In this document: piece by piece, positions 1 through 13,518 of the stretch
Layout: each line of letters begins with the position of its first letter
Position numbering within the stretch: position 1 is the first letter of the stretch
Origin: Octopus vulgaris
Lineage: Eukaryota
Length of the DNA: 64,000 nucleotides
Direction: 5' to 3'
NCBI GenBank assembly: GCA_951406725.2
Contig: OX597814.1
Span: 145,452,001-145,516,000, forward strand
Translations under genes and position numbers: made by a program
Notes under the pieces: model-generated
The model's input: only the letters and a program-made list of their open reading frames with translations
Database searches by the model: none
What the model was told of the DNA's origin: nothing

Positions 1-67
1 TTTTGGCGCAGATGTTTAGCGATAGCCTTTTTGGCGATAAATTATTTGGTACTGAAAGCACTCCTCG

Positions 68-298
<231 letters not shown>

Positions 299-811
299 GA
301 ACTAACACATGCAAAGTAATAGGAAGAGAGAAAGTTTTTGAGAGTGTGAGTAAAGGAGATAAGGACAAACAGAAATGAAATATACTGAAATCGAAATGGA
401 ATAGTTTTTATCTCCCTTTACATGACATAAATACACAGTGAAAGATTTTTTGTGAATTAAAAAAAAACATATTTTATTGAAAAATAGAAAATTGTAACTT
501 TATATAATTTTTCACCTGGCAGGTGTGAGCATTATGTTTTTAGCCTCAGTGGGGTTCATGCCTATCTAATAGAAATAAGTTATATTGAATAAAAGCAAAA
601 TTTTCTCGGCACTAAAATGGGTTATTGCTAAAGTGTCCAATAGCAAATGAATTTTATGCAGAATCAGCAGTACCAAAATCTCTAGCGCTAAATTGCTTGT
701 ACTGAATCCTCCATAATCTTTGGAATTCAATGTTCGCATGCATCTATTTCACCATTAGGTTCCATAAACATTCACAGAAATAGCTAAAACCGAGAAGAAA
801 AGCTAAGAATA

Positions 812-928
812 CACACACCTATGTATATGTATATTTATATATTTACCCTTGTGTATGTATGTATGCATGTATTATGTATGTATGTATGTATGTATGTATG
901 TATGTATGTATGCATGTATGTATGTATG

Positions 929-996
<68 letters not shown>
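812..996. repeat. Compound (TATG)n-(TA)n microsatellite
   Basis: Directly visible. Confidence 0.95.
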
Positions 997-998
<2 letters not shown>

Positions 999-3374
999 AC
1001 ATTTACGCACACATATAAAAACTCTTACACACGCACATATATATGTATAGGTATTTATAAATAGATAAATAGATACTGAGATAGCGTGACAGCAGAAGAG
1101 AGCTAACACATATTTTATAAAATATCATAGATGTGAAGACCCTTAATTGAGGGAGCAGCTGAGGAAGTCCAAGAAACACCCACAAAGTTGACGAGAGACA
1201 AACAGAACTCATAAATGTGAAGTTTTCATAGTTGTCTTATGTGTCAGATTTTATGATCTTGTAGACAATGGTTAGAGCTCAGAAATTCATGACACATGAC
1301 TTAAGAAGTCTTCAATTCGAAAACATGGCAACTACTACTCTTTATTGTATTGATAAGTTAAGCAGATAACAGCCTTAATTGTATCGCAGGCTTAATTGTT
1401 GTTTTTTACAAAATCTCTGTGAAATATACAAAAAATAAATATTATTGCCAGATAAATTATAATAGTATATGCACAAAATCATTATTTGGTGTGAAGGTTG
1501 GATATACTACTGTAAGATAGTATAACGTATTTGCTTCAGTGCAGTATGTTTTCTTGTGGAACCTATTCTCATTTCGCTAGCTGAAATTATTGACAATGAA
1601 ATAGCCTTCTTATCGGCAAAAAGTAGCCACGGTCCAATCACTGGACACACTCCTACCGAGTTATTCAACTATGAAATATAGTGCAAGTAAACAGTGGATC
1701 TCAAATTAGAAAGTTGATGAAATATTGCCATATTTTATGAAATATTCCTATAATTCATTTTCTCTAAAAGTCAAACATTATGTTTCTACAAATACCTTTT
1801 ACATTTTGAAATGTTACTTAGAAATAAAATATAGTTTAGTTTTAGTGCACTGGCGCTGAGAGCCGAAAGAACAGGAGTTCAAACATCGCAGAAAATACAT
1901 CGTTTAATATAAAATGGATATAAATAATGTCAAATGTTTTTAGATATTACCTCCTTGCAAAATGTAATTCACGGAATTCCCATCAGTTCGGAGTAGTGTT
2001 TGTCAGCTGTACTTGTAATTTCAACGAAGGGACAACATGGATTGCATTATCAAACCTTTTAAAACCGTATCGAACATTCATCATTTGAAAGGTAATAGTT
2101 TGTCATAGTTTAAGTCACTATAGGATATACGTAAACACTTATAACATTATTGTTAATGCATTTCTTGCGTTTTTCAGCTAATCATAGCCTTCACTCTTTC
2201 GCCTTTTATCCAGCCATCAATCTGCCAAATTTAATAAGTTGATCTCGATTCAAACAGAGTATTGGGAAGACTGATCATGTCACTTTTGATTAAATAGACA
2301 TCCATGTAGTTTAAGCAGTTGCGTGTGTGCATCAACAGAATAACTAAATGCATCCAGCAACATACTCGCTTCGCTATAGTTTCATTGCAAGAAGGTATTG
2401 GCAAATGTCCATTTTCACGAATCAGCGCATGCATGTCTTTTATTCACAAATAAATATTCGACAGTAGTGAATTCTCTCTCTACTTAGATAAATTTACACT
2501 CACACAAACACAGACATACATACTGACATATATATATATGTATAGGTGTGTATATATGCATGTATATCATTATCTATAATTATGTACGTATGCATTACCT
2601 ACGCTGATACACGCCCAAATGTACGTGTATTTCATACATACACACTCGTCAACATATATATTGTGGGGAAGTGAAAGGGTGTTTCAACCGAAACAAAAAG
2701 AAAACAACAACAAAAAGCAAAAAGAACATACGTCTAGTTGTTTTTTATTGTGAATTAATTCATTAATTATGATTTGTACTTACAAATACGTACTTACAAT
2801 ACGTACTTACAACTGGTTTTCTTAGTTTACGGTGATATACTAGTGGCCAGTGTCTTCTTGGAGTTAATGATAGGGATGCCTACGTTACTAAAGGGATCAT
2901 ATGCCATATTAAAACCCAGAGCTTTTAGGCTTTTAGGAGCAGAGGTTTTGTTATCAACGAATAAAAGTCTACAACATCAAAGTGAGTAAATTGATAGTAT
3001 TGGTTATCGCTTATATTCTTAAACCACTTTATCACAGCCATGCTATTGTCCTATAGGGAGTTCTATAATATTTCCACACCCAATTAAGAAGAAATCTAAT
3101 TTTAAAAATTAAATTTACCTATTTCGGTTTTAATTGAGTTTATATGCTTATACTTGGGGCGATTCCTAAAGTTAATTTTCTTGGTTTTTATGTGTAATTA
3201 AAGTTTTGAACAAGGGAAAGTAATCTACTCTATCACTAACATTTAGGTTGGTTGCAATACATTTGGCTGCTAGTTTCTCCTGGTTGTATAACAGTTGGTT
3301 TATCTTACACATATTAGTAACAATGTTAGAATGGATCCTGTTATAACTATTTTCTCCTGTCAACAGATGAATAT

Positions 3375-3483
3375 ATATCACGTTGAAAGCACAGGTTCTC
3401 GTTCCATCACCGAGGTTATGCAACGTCGAGCCTAGTGGGTACTTAGATAGGTGATCGCTTGGGAAACCTAGGTGGTGTAAGCG
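3375..3483 (+). pseudogene. 5S rRNA pseudogene lacking about the first 10 nt
   Basis: ATATCACGTTGAAAGCACAGGTTCTCGTTCCATCACCGAGGTTATGCAACGTCGAGCCTAGTGGGTACTTAGATAGGTGATCGCTTGGGAAACCTAGGTGGTGTAAGC is colinear with invertebrate 5S rRNA (ACGTTGAAAGCACCGGTTCTCGTCCGATCACCGAAGTTAAGCAACGTCG...GTACTTGGATGGGTGACCGCCTGGGAA). Box A and box C carry substitutions; no oligo-T terminator follows. Confidence 0.85.
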
Positions 3484-3495
3484 TCTCACACTTTA

Positions 3496-3657
3496 GGCGC
3501 AGGAGTGGGGCTGTGTGGTAGTTAGCTTGTTTACCAGCCTCATGGTTTCGGGTTCAGTCGCACTGCGTGGCAACTTGGGCAATTGTATTCTACTATAACT
3601 TCGGGCCGATCGAAGCGTTGTGAGCGGATTTCGTGGACGAAAATTGAAAGAGCCCGT

Positions 3658-3713
<56 letters not shown>

Positions 3714-3859
3714 TATGTGTCTCTTTTTGCCCCCACCACCATCGCTTGACAACTGATGCTGGTGTATTTACGAGAAGTCCCAAAGTCGATATTTCGATTA
3801 AGGGCGGTGCTCCAGCATGGCCGCAGTCAAATCACTGAAATAGATAAGAGAATAAAGGA
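3496..3859 (+). mobile_element. tRNA-derived SINE, family A (CORE-like domain, internal (TA)n), full length
   Basis: GGCGCAGGAGTGG head, B-box-like GGTTCAGTC, CORE-like TGCGTGGCAACTTGGGCAA, internal (TA)n, tail GGCGGTGCTCCAGCATGGCCGCAGTC...AAGAGAATAAA. Many copies in the window; resembles octopus OR-type SINEs. Confidence 0.88.
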
Positions 3860-3869
3860 ATATATATAG

Positions 3870-4340
3870 CTTGATTCTTAAGGTGATCGGTCTGGACAGC
3901 AACTTTTTACGACTCTAATCGACGAACAGGGAATATCCGCTCTTAGGTTGGTTCCAGTCTACGACTGCTATTTATGGCGCTTTTCAACGAGCAACGAATC
4001 TCACGCTCTCAGCAAGTAACGTTTAAAATGCGGACAAGGGTTATAGATCTCATTTCTGGAGGTTAAAATTGTCTTCGACTCAAGTGAGTCTTTTCGGATC
4101 CTTGCCAGCTCTGCTATGCAAAGATTTCCCTGCCCGCCCTCGTTTATATAAGATCTCGGTTGCTTTAGGAGCCTCTCTTTAAGTGTGTATGGAGTTCCTT
4201 CATCCTTAAAGCACTACATGTAGCTGACCAGGGACGTGACGTAACGTCTTTCCGGAATCCTAAAAGAGGACTTATGATTGTAGAGGCGTCGCTTAAGGGC
4301 AGTTCCGGCGAACTGATGTGTCTCCGTATTTGAGTGTTGA
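3870..4340 (-). mobile_element. Penelope-like retroelement 3' fragment: decayed GIY-YIG endonuclease C-terminus plus 3' region
   Basis: Manual translation 4306->4001 (-): GTALKRRLYNHKSSFRIPERRYVTSLVSYM*CFKDEGTPYTLKERLLKQPRSYINEGGQGNLCIAELARIRKDSLESKTILTSRNEIYNPCPHFKRYLLRA*. This fits the Penelope pattern KxRxxNHKSSF...SxYxW...NLC..E...RxE...CxH..xLL. The in-frame TAG at 4216-4214 replaces the Trp. Confidence 0.75.
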
Positions 4341-5569
4341 TTCTGTTATCGCCTCTCTGTATATATGTATGTATATTTATATATGTATGAATCTATGTAT
4401 GTATGTATGTATGTATGTATGTATGTATGTATGCATGCATGCATGCATGTATGTATGTATGTATGTATGTATGTATATAGGTATGTATAAATGTATGTAG
4501 GAAGTGAGAATGATTAGCCACATAGATCGTGCGTCAGTTCCGACTCTGTCAGAAATGTGTGTAATTTTTTTTCGAACCAGGTATAGTTTGCAGACAAAAA
4601 GACGATTCATGAGAGGAATGACCGAGACAGTAATAATTGTTAGGTGATTTACATTCTAAAACGAAATCCTCTTACAGCATCATATATGAAGGAATTCTCA
4701 TTCGCCATTAATGTGTGTAAAATCTCACAAATTTTTGTATATGTTTACGAATGCTTTTAGCTTCATTGTGTGTTTATTATCTTGGTATTTCTGATAATAG
4801 CTTCATCTTCATCAGACTTTTGCTATTACCTTCAGCAAAATATAATCTGCATCGAACATTTACTACATTACACTGCAATTTTTCATATTAATAAAAATGG
4901 TACAACAGTGCTTCAGCCATTATTATATAGCAAGACTGATTGAACAAAAAGAACTATAAAGAATAAAAATGATAATAATGAAAAGTTCTATTTCTGACAT
5001 TTAATGCCTAAAATTTTATCAATCTACAAGCAATGAACTCGATGTCTATTGTATGGATCGAAAAAAAAAAATTAATCGATATAATTTGGTATCTAGTCCT
5101 ATGTTCATTTTATGGAGTCGAGTTTGTTTCAAAGAATGACTTTTAGCCTACCATTAGAACATTTATTCCTGCCGTATATCAATGTTGTTTTCTGCTTATT
5201 TTTTTTCTTGCTCTGTTTTCTGTTTTACAATTATCTGTTAATCAATAATCTACAGAGTTTATCCTCCAAACACGTGATTTTTATATGTTGCAAGTAAAAT
5301 AGAAGTAATGCAGACGGTACGCGGGTTATTCAGATTTTTTCATCAATGTTCGTGATGTAGTAACTGGTGTAGGATCTAAAAGATTGTAGATTAACTTGGT
5401 TAATAATAACTAAACTTGGTCAATAATAACTAAACATTTTTTTGAAACCTAGTGTACTTCGTTTCCTTTCAGTTAGGTTAAATATTTGAAAGAAAATATC
5501 TGATAATTATTCAAATAGAAAAAAAAAGCATATAAAACCCTCAATTATTTGTCTGCCTGCTTGAGTGGC

Positions 5570-5621
5570 GGTCTGCTTGTCTGCCTACCTGCTTCTCTGC
5601 CTGCCTGTCTGTCTCTGTCTG

Positions 5622-5692
<71 letters not shown>

Positions 5693-5879
5693 GTCTATCT
5701 ATCTCTCAATCTATCTATCTATCTATCTAACTGTCAGTCTATAAATGGATGTGCGTGTTTCTACACACATACACACTTGTGTATGTATGTTTTTATTTAT
5801 GTATGTAAGTATGAATGTGTTTGCATATATATACTTACACATACAGATGTGTAATTCTGGGTATGTATGTATGTATATA

Positions 5880-5926
<47 letters not shown>

Positions 5927-5940
5927 TCATATATATATTT
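5570..5940. repeat. Compound (CTGC/CTGT)n-(TCTA)n and (TA)n microsatellites
   Basis: Directly visible. Confidence 0.9.
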
Positions 5941-6544
5941 ATCCACACATAGCTGCAGAATGACATTAAGCAGTAATTCAAAGAATGTAGTTTGGCTTTA
6001 CCTTCACAACGTTATTTTTTTAAATCTCTGTTTTAAACTCATTATCAGAAAGCACATTTCGCGTCCAGACAGTTTTCTATTACAATTGCTATGTATTATT
6101 TGAAATTTTCTGACATTTTTTGCAATAAAAAAAGAAACAATCACGTCTTAAGATAAAGTAAAATATCTAATATTTCTTTTTATATCTTTGTCTTTTTTGG
6201 TGTCATTAAACCTCTGTAGGACATGAATATACTGTTTCGTTTTAGATCTGTTCGAAATACATTTATTATTTAAAATAATATCTAACCGGCTGTCACATAA
6301 TTTCAAAGAAAGATATTTCTTTGAGTGTTTTTCCCATTTAAAATATTGTAGACGCAAAGATACTACTTTTGGTACGTTCTATCATTTATCATAACTATTC
6401 AACATCTATAGAATTGTCTAGAGGATGAGCACTAACTGCATGTCTTCGGTGCTACTCACATTATAAATTATCTGTAAAAGCTTTTGTAATGAACCAGATG
6501 TGTATAACGGTACCCTACATAACTACGTATTTAAACCCTCGCTC

Positions 6545-6790
6545 CTCTGACAGTATAAGCCATCAACACCGTTTCTCCACTATTCTCAATTCTTGACTGT
6601 CCTTTTTGCTTCTTTCCAGTTTGAACTCTGGTTTTTCAGCTTCGCGTCAATATTTTATGCTGTCCCTATATTTTGCCTTTCTTGTAGTTTCCACATCAGA
6701 GCCCGACGTGTCATATATTTCCCAGAGGAATAGCCTTTCTCTCGCAGGTCTTTAGGATTTTGAATTGTTATCCATTCTTCTGCAACTCTA
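6545..6790 (-). mobile_element. RTE-clade LINE 3' end, decayed
   Basis: Minus-strand translation LREK...MTRRALMWKLQ...NWKEAKRTVKN*E*WRNGVDGLYC resembles the RTE C-terminus (TRQALxWNPQG...W...AQDRxxWRxxVxGLC). Confidence 0.55.
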
Positions 6791-6796
6791 CTTTCT

Positions 6797-7110
6797 CCTA
6801 GCTAGGGACGTTGGTCCTCCGCGAGTGTTTCCTACTATACCTCTGGCCGCCCAAAGCCTTGTGAGTCGATTTCATCGTATATATATATGCGTGTCTATGT
6901 AAATGTATGTGTGTATCTTTGTATCTGTGTTTCATTCCTACCAACTTCTTGACAGTCTGTGTTGGTTTGTTTACGTCCCCATAATCAGCAGTTCGGCAAA
7001 GAGGCCTATGAAAATCGGCTGTGGTCGAATTGTTCGTATAAAAACCTGTGAGGGAGGTGCCCCAGCATGGCTGAATTCCATTCACTGACAGAAGTAAGAG
7101 ATAAAAGGTA
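6797..7110 (+). mobile_element. SINE family A, 5'-truncated and diverged
   Basis: CTACTATACCTCTGGCCGCCCAAAGCCTTGTGAG...GGTGCCCCAGCATGGC tail. Confidence 0.8.
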
Positions 7111-7429
7111 AAATATTATCGTCAATGTTAAAAGGCGAAAATATATATCTAACAAAAACGAAGTGACCATCCAAATATAAAGATCTTGTTACAGAGATAA
7201 GAGGTCAGTACAATGTGGCTACAGAAACACTCCCTTCTATAAATAACGCATATGAGTAGAGTAAATAGTCGCAGGGCTTATAAATGCAAGATACACATAG
7301 GACATTGCACGGCTAGGCATAAAATACAAACTATTATGCAATGTAATTCTAATAAAAGAGAAGAAAAATGGAAAACATCACGCTAGAATGTAGAGTGATA
7401 TTACCAAAATAATAATTACAATAATATTA

Positions 7430-7640
7430 CAAGAACATCAAGACAAACTAACTAGATATAATTAGCAAGTAATGGAAAGCAGATTGTGGTGATATGAAAA
7501 TAAAAACTGTTCTAATGATAACCGGTGTTCTAGATATGAAAAGGAAACACAATGGAACTATTGCAAATCACATTCCAAGTCTTTTAACTCCACACTATCA
7601 ACACTAACTCTACTACGAACATCACATATCAAATTTTACA
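7430..7640 (+). mobile_element. R4/Dong-like non-LTR retrotransposon, decayed restriction-like endonuclease C-terminus
   Basis: Frameshifted translation DKLTRY...RLW...TVLMITGVL...HIPS...LTLLRTSHI matches K.SKY...RLW...VPIIIGALG...IPG...LLGTAHIL. Confidence 0.5.
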
Positions 7641-9310
7641 CACTATTCTATTCTATAGAACTACCGAAACAGTAGTTTTTCTACACAAAATACACAATAT
7701 ATACCCTAGATTACTCGATGAAATGACATCACGCACATTACATACTCGGCACATATTTCACTTAATACGACAAGCATTTTCTAAACGACCTTAACATAAA
7801 ATCCTTAATTCATCTAAGGATATGGTCAGGTCCATTACGCCCTCCATACAGTTCAGGTTTGCAATACATAAATACAATGAAACATAGTTTCATTTCTTCA
7901 ACGATTCCGATACCTCCAAACGATATCTGAACATGTTTCTTCAAAGGTTACTAGATAAGTCATCTATACGTGGATACATCTTAATCAACAACAACTTCCT
8001 ACGAGAGAGGGCCATGATTCTACAAAACTTGACCTAAAAATGACATAACAAATTCTATCAGGGAGAGCTATTTACACTTTGCCGGGACCATTTTCTGACC
8101 GAAATTTATCTATGTTTATGTAAGTTTAATACAAATCCCAGTGTACAGAGTCTCCACCCAATAAAATACTACAACCCCAGAATATATAATTTTCTCGATC
8201 ATCATCCAAATTGCAAAATATATATATATCGGATACTCAACTCTCTCCAGCAGTAGAAAAACAAAATCTACAGAGCACATCACCTCCATAACCCACATTA
8301 AAAAAATTGCCATATCATGCAACTCGCACAGAAAACTTCGTAGCCTCAGTTACTACACAACACTATATAGCACAAACCAAAAAATAGCAGTCATTTTTCC
8401 TCTAAGGATTTCTATCGTTTAAAGAGGAACGACATATTGTATAATCCTAAGTATGCCAAAGGACATAGCGAATACTCAACGATACAAATAGGCGAAAGTC
8501 TAAAGTAACTCGAGAAGACGGAAAACAAAGCGAGAAAAGTGCAAAATGTGCACGCACCAATACATACACACAAACGCGCGCGCATTCTTCAGTTTCACAA
8601 GAAAATGCCGCATTCACCTCATGGACATGAAAGATAATCTGGTGGTGTAGTAGAAAGTTGCAAGAAACTGGAGAAAAGACGATGATAATGACGATGCCTC
8701 TAAACAAATACAAAAGATAATAATGTTATTAGAGGAGAAGAAAAAGAAGAAAAAGTAGAACAAGAACAACAGTAACAGTAGCAACAACGTTGAATATGAT
8801 GAAAATAGAAGAGAAAGAAATAGAAAAGGATGAAAGAGAAGATGATGAAGAAGACGCAGGAGGAGGAGAAGGAGATGAGGAGGAGGAAGAGGAAAAGAAA
8901 AAGCGAAAGGAGAAGAACGCTTCTTTTTTTAATTTATTTGCTACAAGTCCAAGTTAAAACAAATATACATAGAGAAAATGTCGCAATACACGAAAGACAT
9001 TTAACAGAAATTAATGAAATATAAAATGTAAAATATTCTACGATATTATACAAGTATTTTATACATAGTTTCGAGCTGAATAATTAACAAACTCTCATTC
9101 GTATTGTTGATTTTTATATATTTTGCTACACGTATTTCTTACAGACGCTTCACGTATGTAACATCGATGATGTAGACAAAATAATAGCAATTTGTTTTGT
9201 CAAGATTACAAGCACACATGATAATAAATCTTCTATGGACAGCAACTTAAAGAGAACAGTTACAAAAAATATACGCTTGAAGTTTGTTCGATGTTTACCG
9301 ATAGCAATTG

Positions 9311-9455
9311 CTTGACAACCGATGCTGGTGTGCTTATGTCCCCGTTACTTGGCGGTTCGGCAAAAGAGACCGATAGAATAAGTACTAAAGGCGGTGCCCC
9401 AGCATGGCCGCAGTCAAATGACTGAAACAAGTAAAAGAGTAAAGAGTAAAAGAGT
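9311..9455 (+). mobile_element. SINE family A 3' portion flanked by a perfect 122-bp direct duplication (9189-9310 = 9456-9577)
   Basis: CTTGACAACCGATGCTGGTGTG...CAGCATGGCCGCAGTCAAATGACTGAAACAAGTAAAAGAGTAAAGAGT. Flanks compared base by base and identical. Confidence 0.92.
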
Positions 9456-11324
9456 AATTTGTTTTGTCAAGATTACAAGCACACATGATAATAAATCTTC
9501 TATGGACAGCAACTTAAAGAGAACAGTTACAAAAAATATACGCTTGAAGTTTGTTCGATGTTTACCGATAGCAATTGGAGATTTTTAATCTCATAATTTT
9601 ACGAAGTAATCGTTAGAAAAGACAGTAGAGTGTTACTTAGAGCAACGTTGTGCATACATATTTACAGTTAAGTAGATACAGACAGTAAGAATAAATGTTT
9701 ATCGAAAAGATCACTGTCAAAATGTATAGACAGAAAAAGGAAAAAAGGATGTTGGACAATTACAGCGCCAAGACAGCTTCATATAGATTTTGGCAGTATA
9801 TGTGTTGTCAATATGATAAAAGATATAGCTAGGTCAGAGAATAGAAGTAAAGCAATATGGAATTCTGGAGTCCTTAAAATAAATAATGGCCCTCTTATAA
9901 AGAAGACTGGTTCATTTAACAGAACTGTCGATACATATTTTCGCTGATTGATACATTGATAAATTACTAGAGTTCCTTTATTCATCCTCAGAGAATTGAA
10001 AATCAAAATCAATGTCAGTGAAATTTGAACTCATTTCTGAGGGAATTGCGAATTTGAATACCTTAGATTTCGCCTACAAATAGCACGTTTACCGAAATAA
10101 AACGTTAAATACAAGAAAAAAATGTAATATCTGGAAGTCATCTGTATTATTCCGCTAGGAAATTATGAACAAGATACACAATTACAATATAATAATGTAA
10201 AGAGTGTTACGAAGCAATTTGGGGAACTTGAGCATTTTAAAGAAAGTTAGTGAAGCACTCACAAAAGCTACATTACAAGAATGAAATACATATTAACAAA
10301 AGGCTACTCCTCATATGATATAACTCGATAAATACGCTTTGAACAGTTTTTCGAGAAATTATTACAATGGCTGACAACCGAGGTGTATATGATTCTCTTC
10401 TCACCGGATGCGCATGCACGCGTTTCGACCTTTTTTTCTCTCTACTCTAGCGATACGTTAAGCTGAGATGTGTTATATTTAATGCATATGACAATCTCAC
10501 TATATTCAACATGTGAGAAAGTGAGGATAGAGTGGGAGTGTGTTTACGTTTGTATTCAAAAGAGATGTGCACTTACCCTGACCTCATCAAATCATTACCC
10601 ATAACACGTAAATGGAATGTGAGTTACAACCTACCTACTTCGTTCGCGCTAACTGCAATTTCTCTTCCGTTCACGAAAGAACCACATAGCGGCAGGAAAA
10701 GAAAAAGTAAATATCTCCGCCTACTTACTAATGTAGAACAACGACCAAATTGTTCAATCTCCCTCCTGCCATTATTCATTGCTCTTTGATTTCAGCAACA
10801 AGTATGTGACTTACAGTTGCGTTTCTATTATATGACATATACAGCCATATATTCATTTCTTCATTGATGAACACATGCAAGCACATAGATAAATCTACAC
10901 ACACACGAGCGCATACATGCACACACATTCACACACTCACAAACATACGCACGCACACGTGAACACGCGAAGATATACTACAACGCCCATGTTTCACCAC
11001 GATATATTCACAGGTATACGTGCAAGACTCACGTGTGTTGAAAAGTATGTAATAAAGTAATATTGTGATTTATTTCTTCTAAAACACATGCGATAATGCA
11101 TGCACGCGCGAAAACTCATACACACAAAATCTCTCTCTCACACACACACAAACACATGTAACTTTTATATCTTTCTATCTGTTACTCACCTCGTCTCTCC
11201 CTCTCTATTTCTCTCTCTCTCTCTATTACGCAGCCTTGAGTATACGTATGTATGTATGGGTTTGTGTGTTTGCGAGCATATGCACATTCGTGTATAAATA
11301 TCTTAAATATTAATACATCTATAA

Positions 11325-11670
<346 letters not shown>

Positions 11671-12736
11671 ATCTGGCATCTGTATTCGCTTATGAGTATG
11701 TGCAAATGTGGTACAGCTAGAGTGTTGGCATCATACGGTGCGCGTTTCAGGAGAATCTCTATTCCAAAGTGTAAGACACTTCAAATTCTCACAAAACCCT
11801 TGGCAATAAAACACAGCAGGTAAATTATAGCATTCTATAAAACTGGCAACGCTAAAATTTATCTCAATACATCTTTTAACTAATATATTTATATGCATTT
11901 GAAGTTTGGGTTCAGTACTGTGCATAATTTTATAGATCCTCCGTCGTTCACAAATGAAACGTGATCGAAATTTAATCGTAAATCAATATGGTTTCATTTT
12001 ACAGTTCAATATTTCTGAAATCAATAATATTTTCTTTCTGGAATCCGATATTTCATTTAATTGATTGTACTGATGCCAGGAGTATTTTAAGGGCAATGCT
12101 GCAATATATAATGACGCAATGATTACTTATTAAGGTGGTGTTTCAAACTTGGAATTTCTAAAAAGATATAAGATCAAATATTCGAAGAAAAAGTTTCTTT
12201 AATATTCCACACACACACACACACACACACAACACATACACACACTCACACACACATACACACAAACGCATATGCGCACGCATTCACACACATACACACA
12301 CGTACAGAAACGCACTGACACAAAAACAGTCGGTAACATGCATACAAGCATACGTACATAAAAAGACGTATGCATTTATACGCATGTATCTGTATGTGCA
12401 TGTGCGCACGTGTATATATGTGTGTGTGTGTGTGTGTGTGTAATGGTATTTATGTGAGCTGGTTTGTATATATATTTACTTCATTAAGAAAGTTTGAATA
12501 TGTCTCTTGCACTTGCAGCCATCGCAACTTCCATTGAAGATTGTCGTATCCCAAATTCTGTATGCAAATTCCTGTTCATGAGTAAAATCAGGCAATAAAG
12601 AAATATGTTACAACCCAAAGGCAGTTCGCAATTGCCCAATAAGCGTTTTGTTGCTTCATATAGAAAAAAGCAGTGCTATTTATGGCATACATTGCAGTAA
12701 AAATATACAGTAATTAAATTCCCCTTACCAATATAT

Positions 12737-13320
12737 TCTTTTCTACTCTAGGCACAATGCCTGAAATTTTTGGGGAGGGGGACAGTCGATTAGATCAACC
12801 CCAGTACGCAACTGGTACTTAATTTATTGCCCCCGAAAGGATGATAGGCAACGTTCGCCTCGACCGAATTTGAACTCGGAACGTAAAGACAGACGAAATA
12901 CCTATTTCGTTACTACCCACAAGGGGCTAAACACAGAGGAGACGAACAATGACAGACACACGGATGAAGTCGATTATATCAACCCCAGTGCGTTACTATT
13001 ACTTATTTAATCGACTCCGAAAGGATGAAAGGCAAAGTCAACCTCAGTGGATTTTGAACTCAGAACGTAGAGGCAGACGAAATACCTGTTTTTTTACTAC
13101 CCAGAAGGGGCTAAACACATAGAGGACAAACAAGGACAGACAAACGGATTAAGTCGATTATATCGACCCCAGTGCGTAACTGGTGCTTATTTAATAAATC
13201 CCGAAAGGATGTTAGGCAACGCTGACCTCGGCGGAATTTGAACTCGGAACGTAAAAACAGACGAATTACCACTAATCATTTCGCCTAGCGTGCTAATGTT
13301 TATGCCAGCTCGCTGCCTTT
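12737..13320 (-). mobile_element. tRNA-derived SINE, family B: one head plus three tandem ~180-bp body units
   Basis: Reverse complement of GGCGGCGAGCTGGCAGAAACGTTAGCACGCC head, B box GAGTTCAAATTC and conserved core GGTCGACTTTGCCTTTCATCCTTTCGGGGTCGAT..AAGTACCAG, repeated three times. Confidence 0.88.
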
Positions 13321-13334
13321 CTTCACAATATATT

Positions 13335-13494
13335 AGATCGATCCCAGTGCGCAACTGGTACTTAATTTATCAACCCTGAAAGGATGAAAGGCAAAGTCGA
13401 CCTCGGCGGAATTTGAACTCGGAACGTAAAGACAGACGAAATATCGCTAAGTATTTCGCCTGGCGTGCTAACGTCTCTGTCAGCTCGCAGCCTT
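13335..13494 (-). mobile_element. SINE family B, 5' part
   Basis: Same head and core; shares the flank TTCTTCACAATATATT with the preceding copy. Confidence 0.85.
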
Positions 13495-13518
13495 TCTTCA
13501 CAATATATTTACACACAA

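Noticed and set aside
1590-2440. Possible very old Tc1/mariner transposase traces
   Set aside because: Motifs too degraded to call.
9060-9105. Minus-strand CGAATGA GAGTT...AGCTC GAAA CTATG TA hammerhead-like relic
   Set aside because: Two core mismatches and no stem I; not distinguishable from chance.
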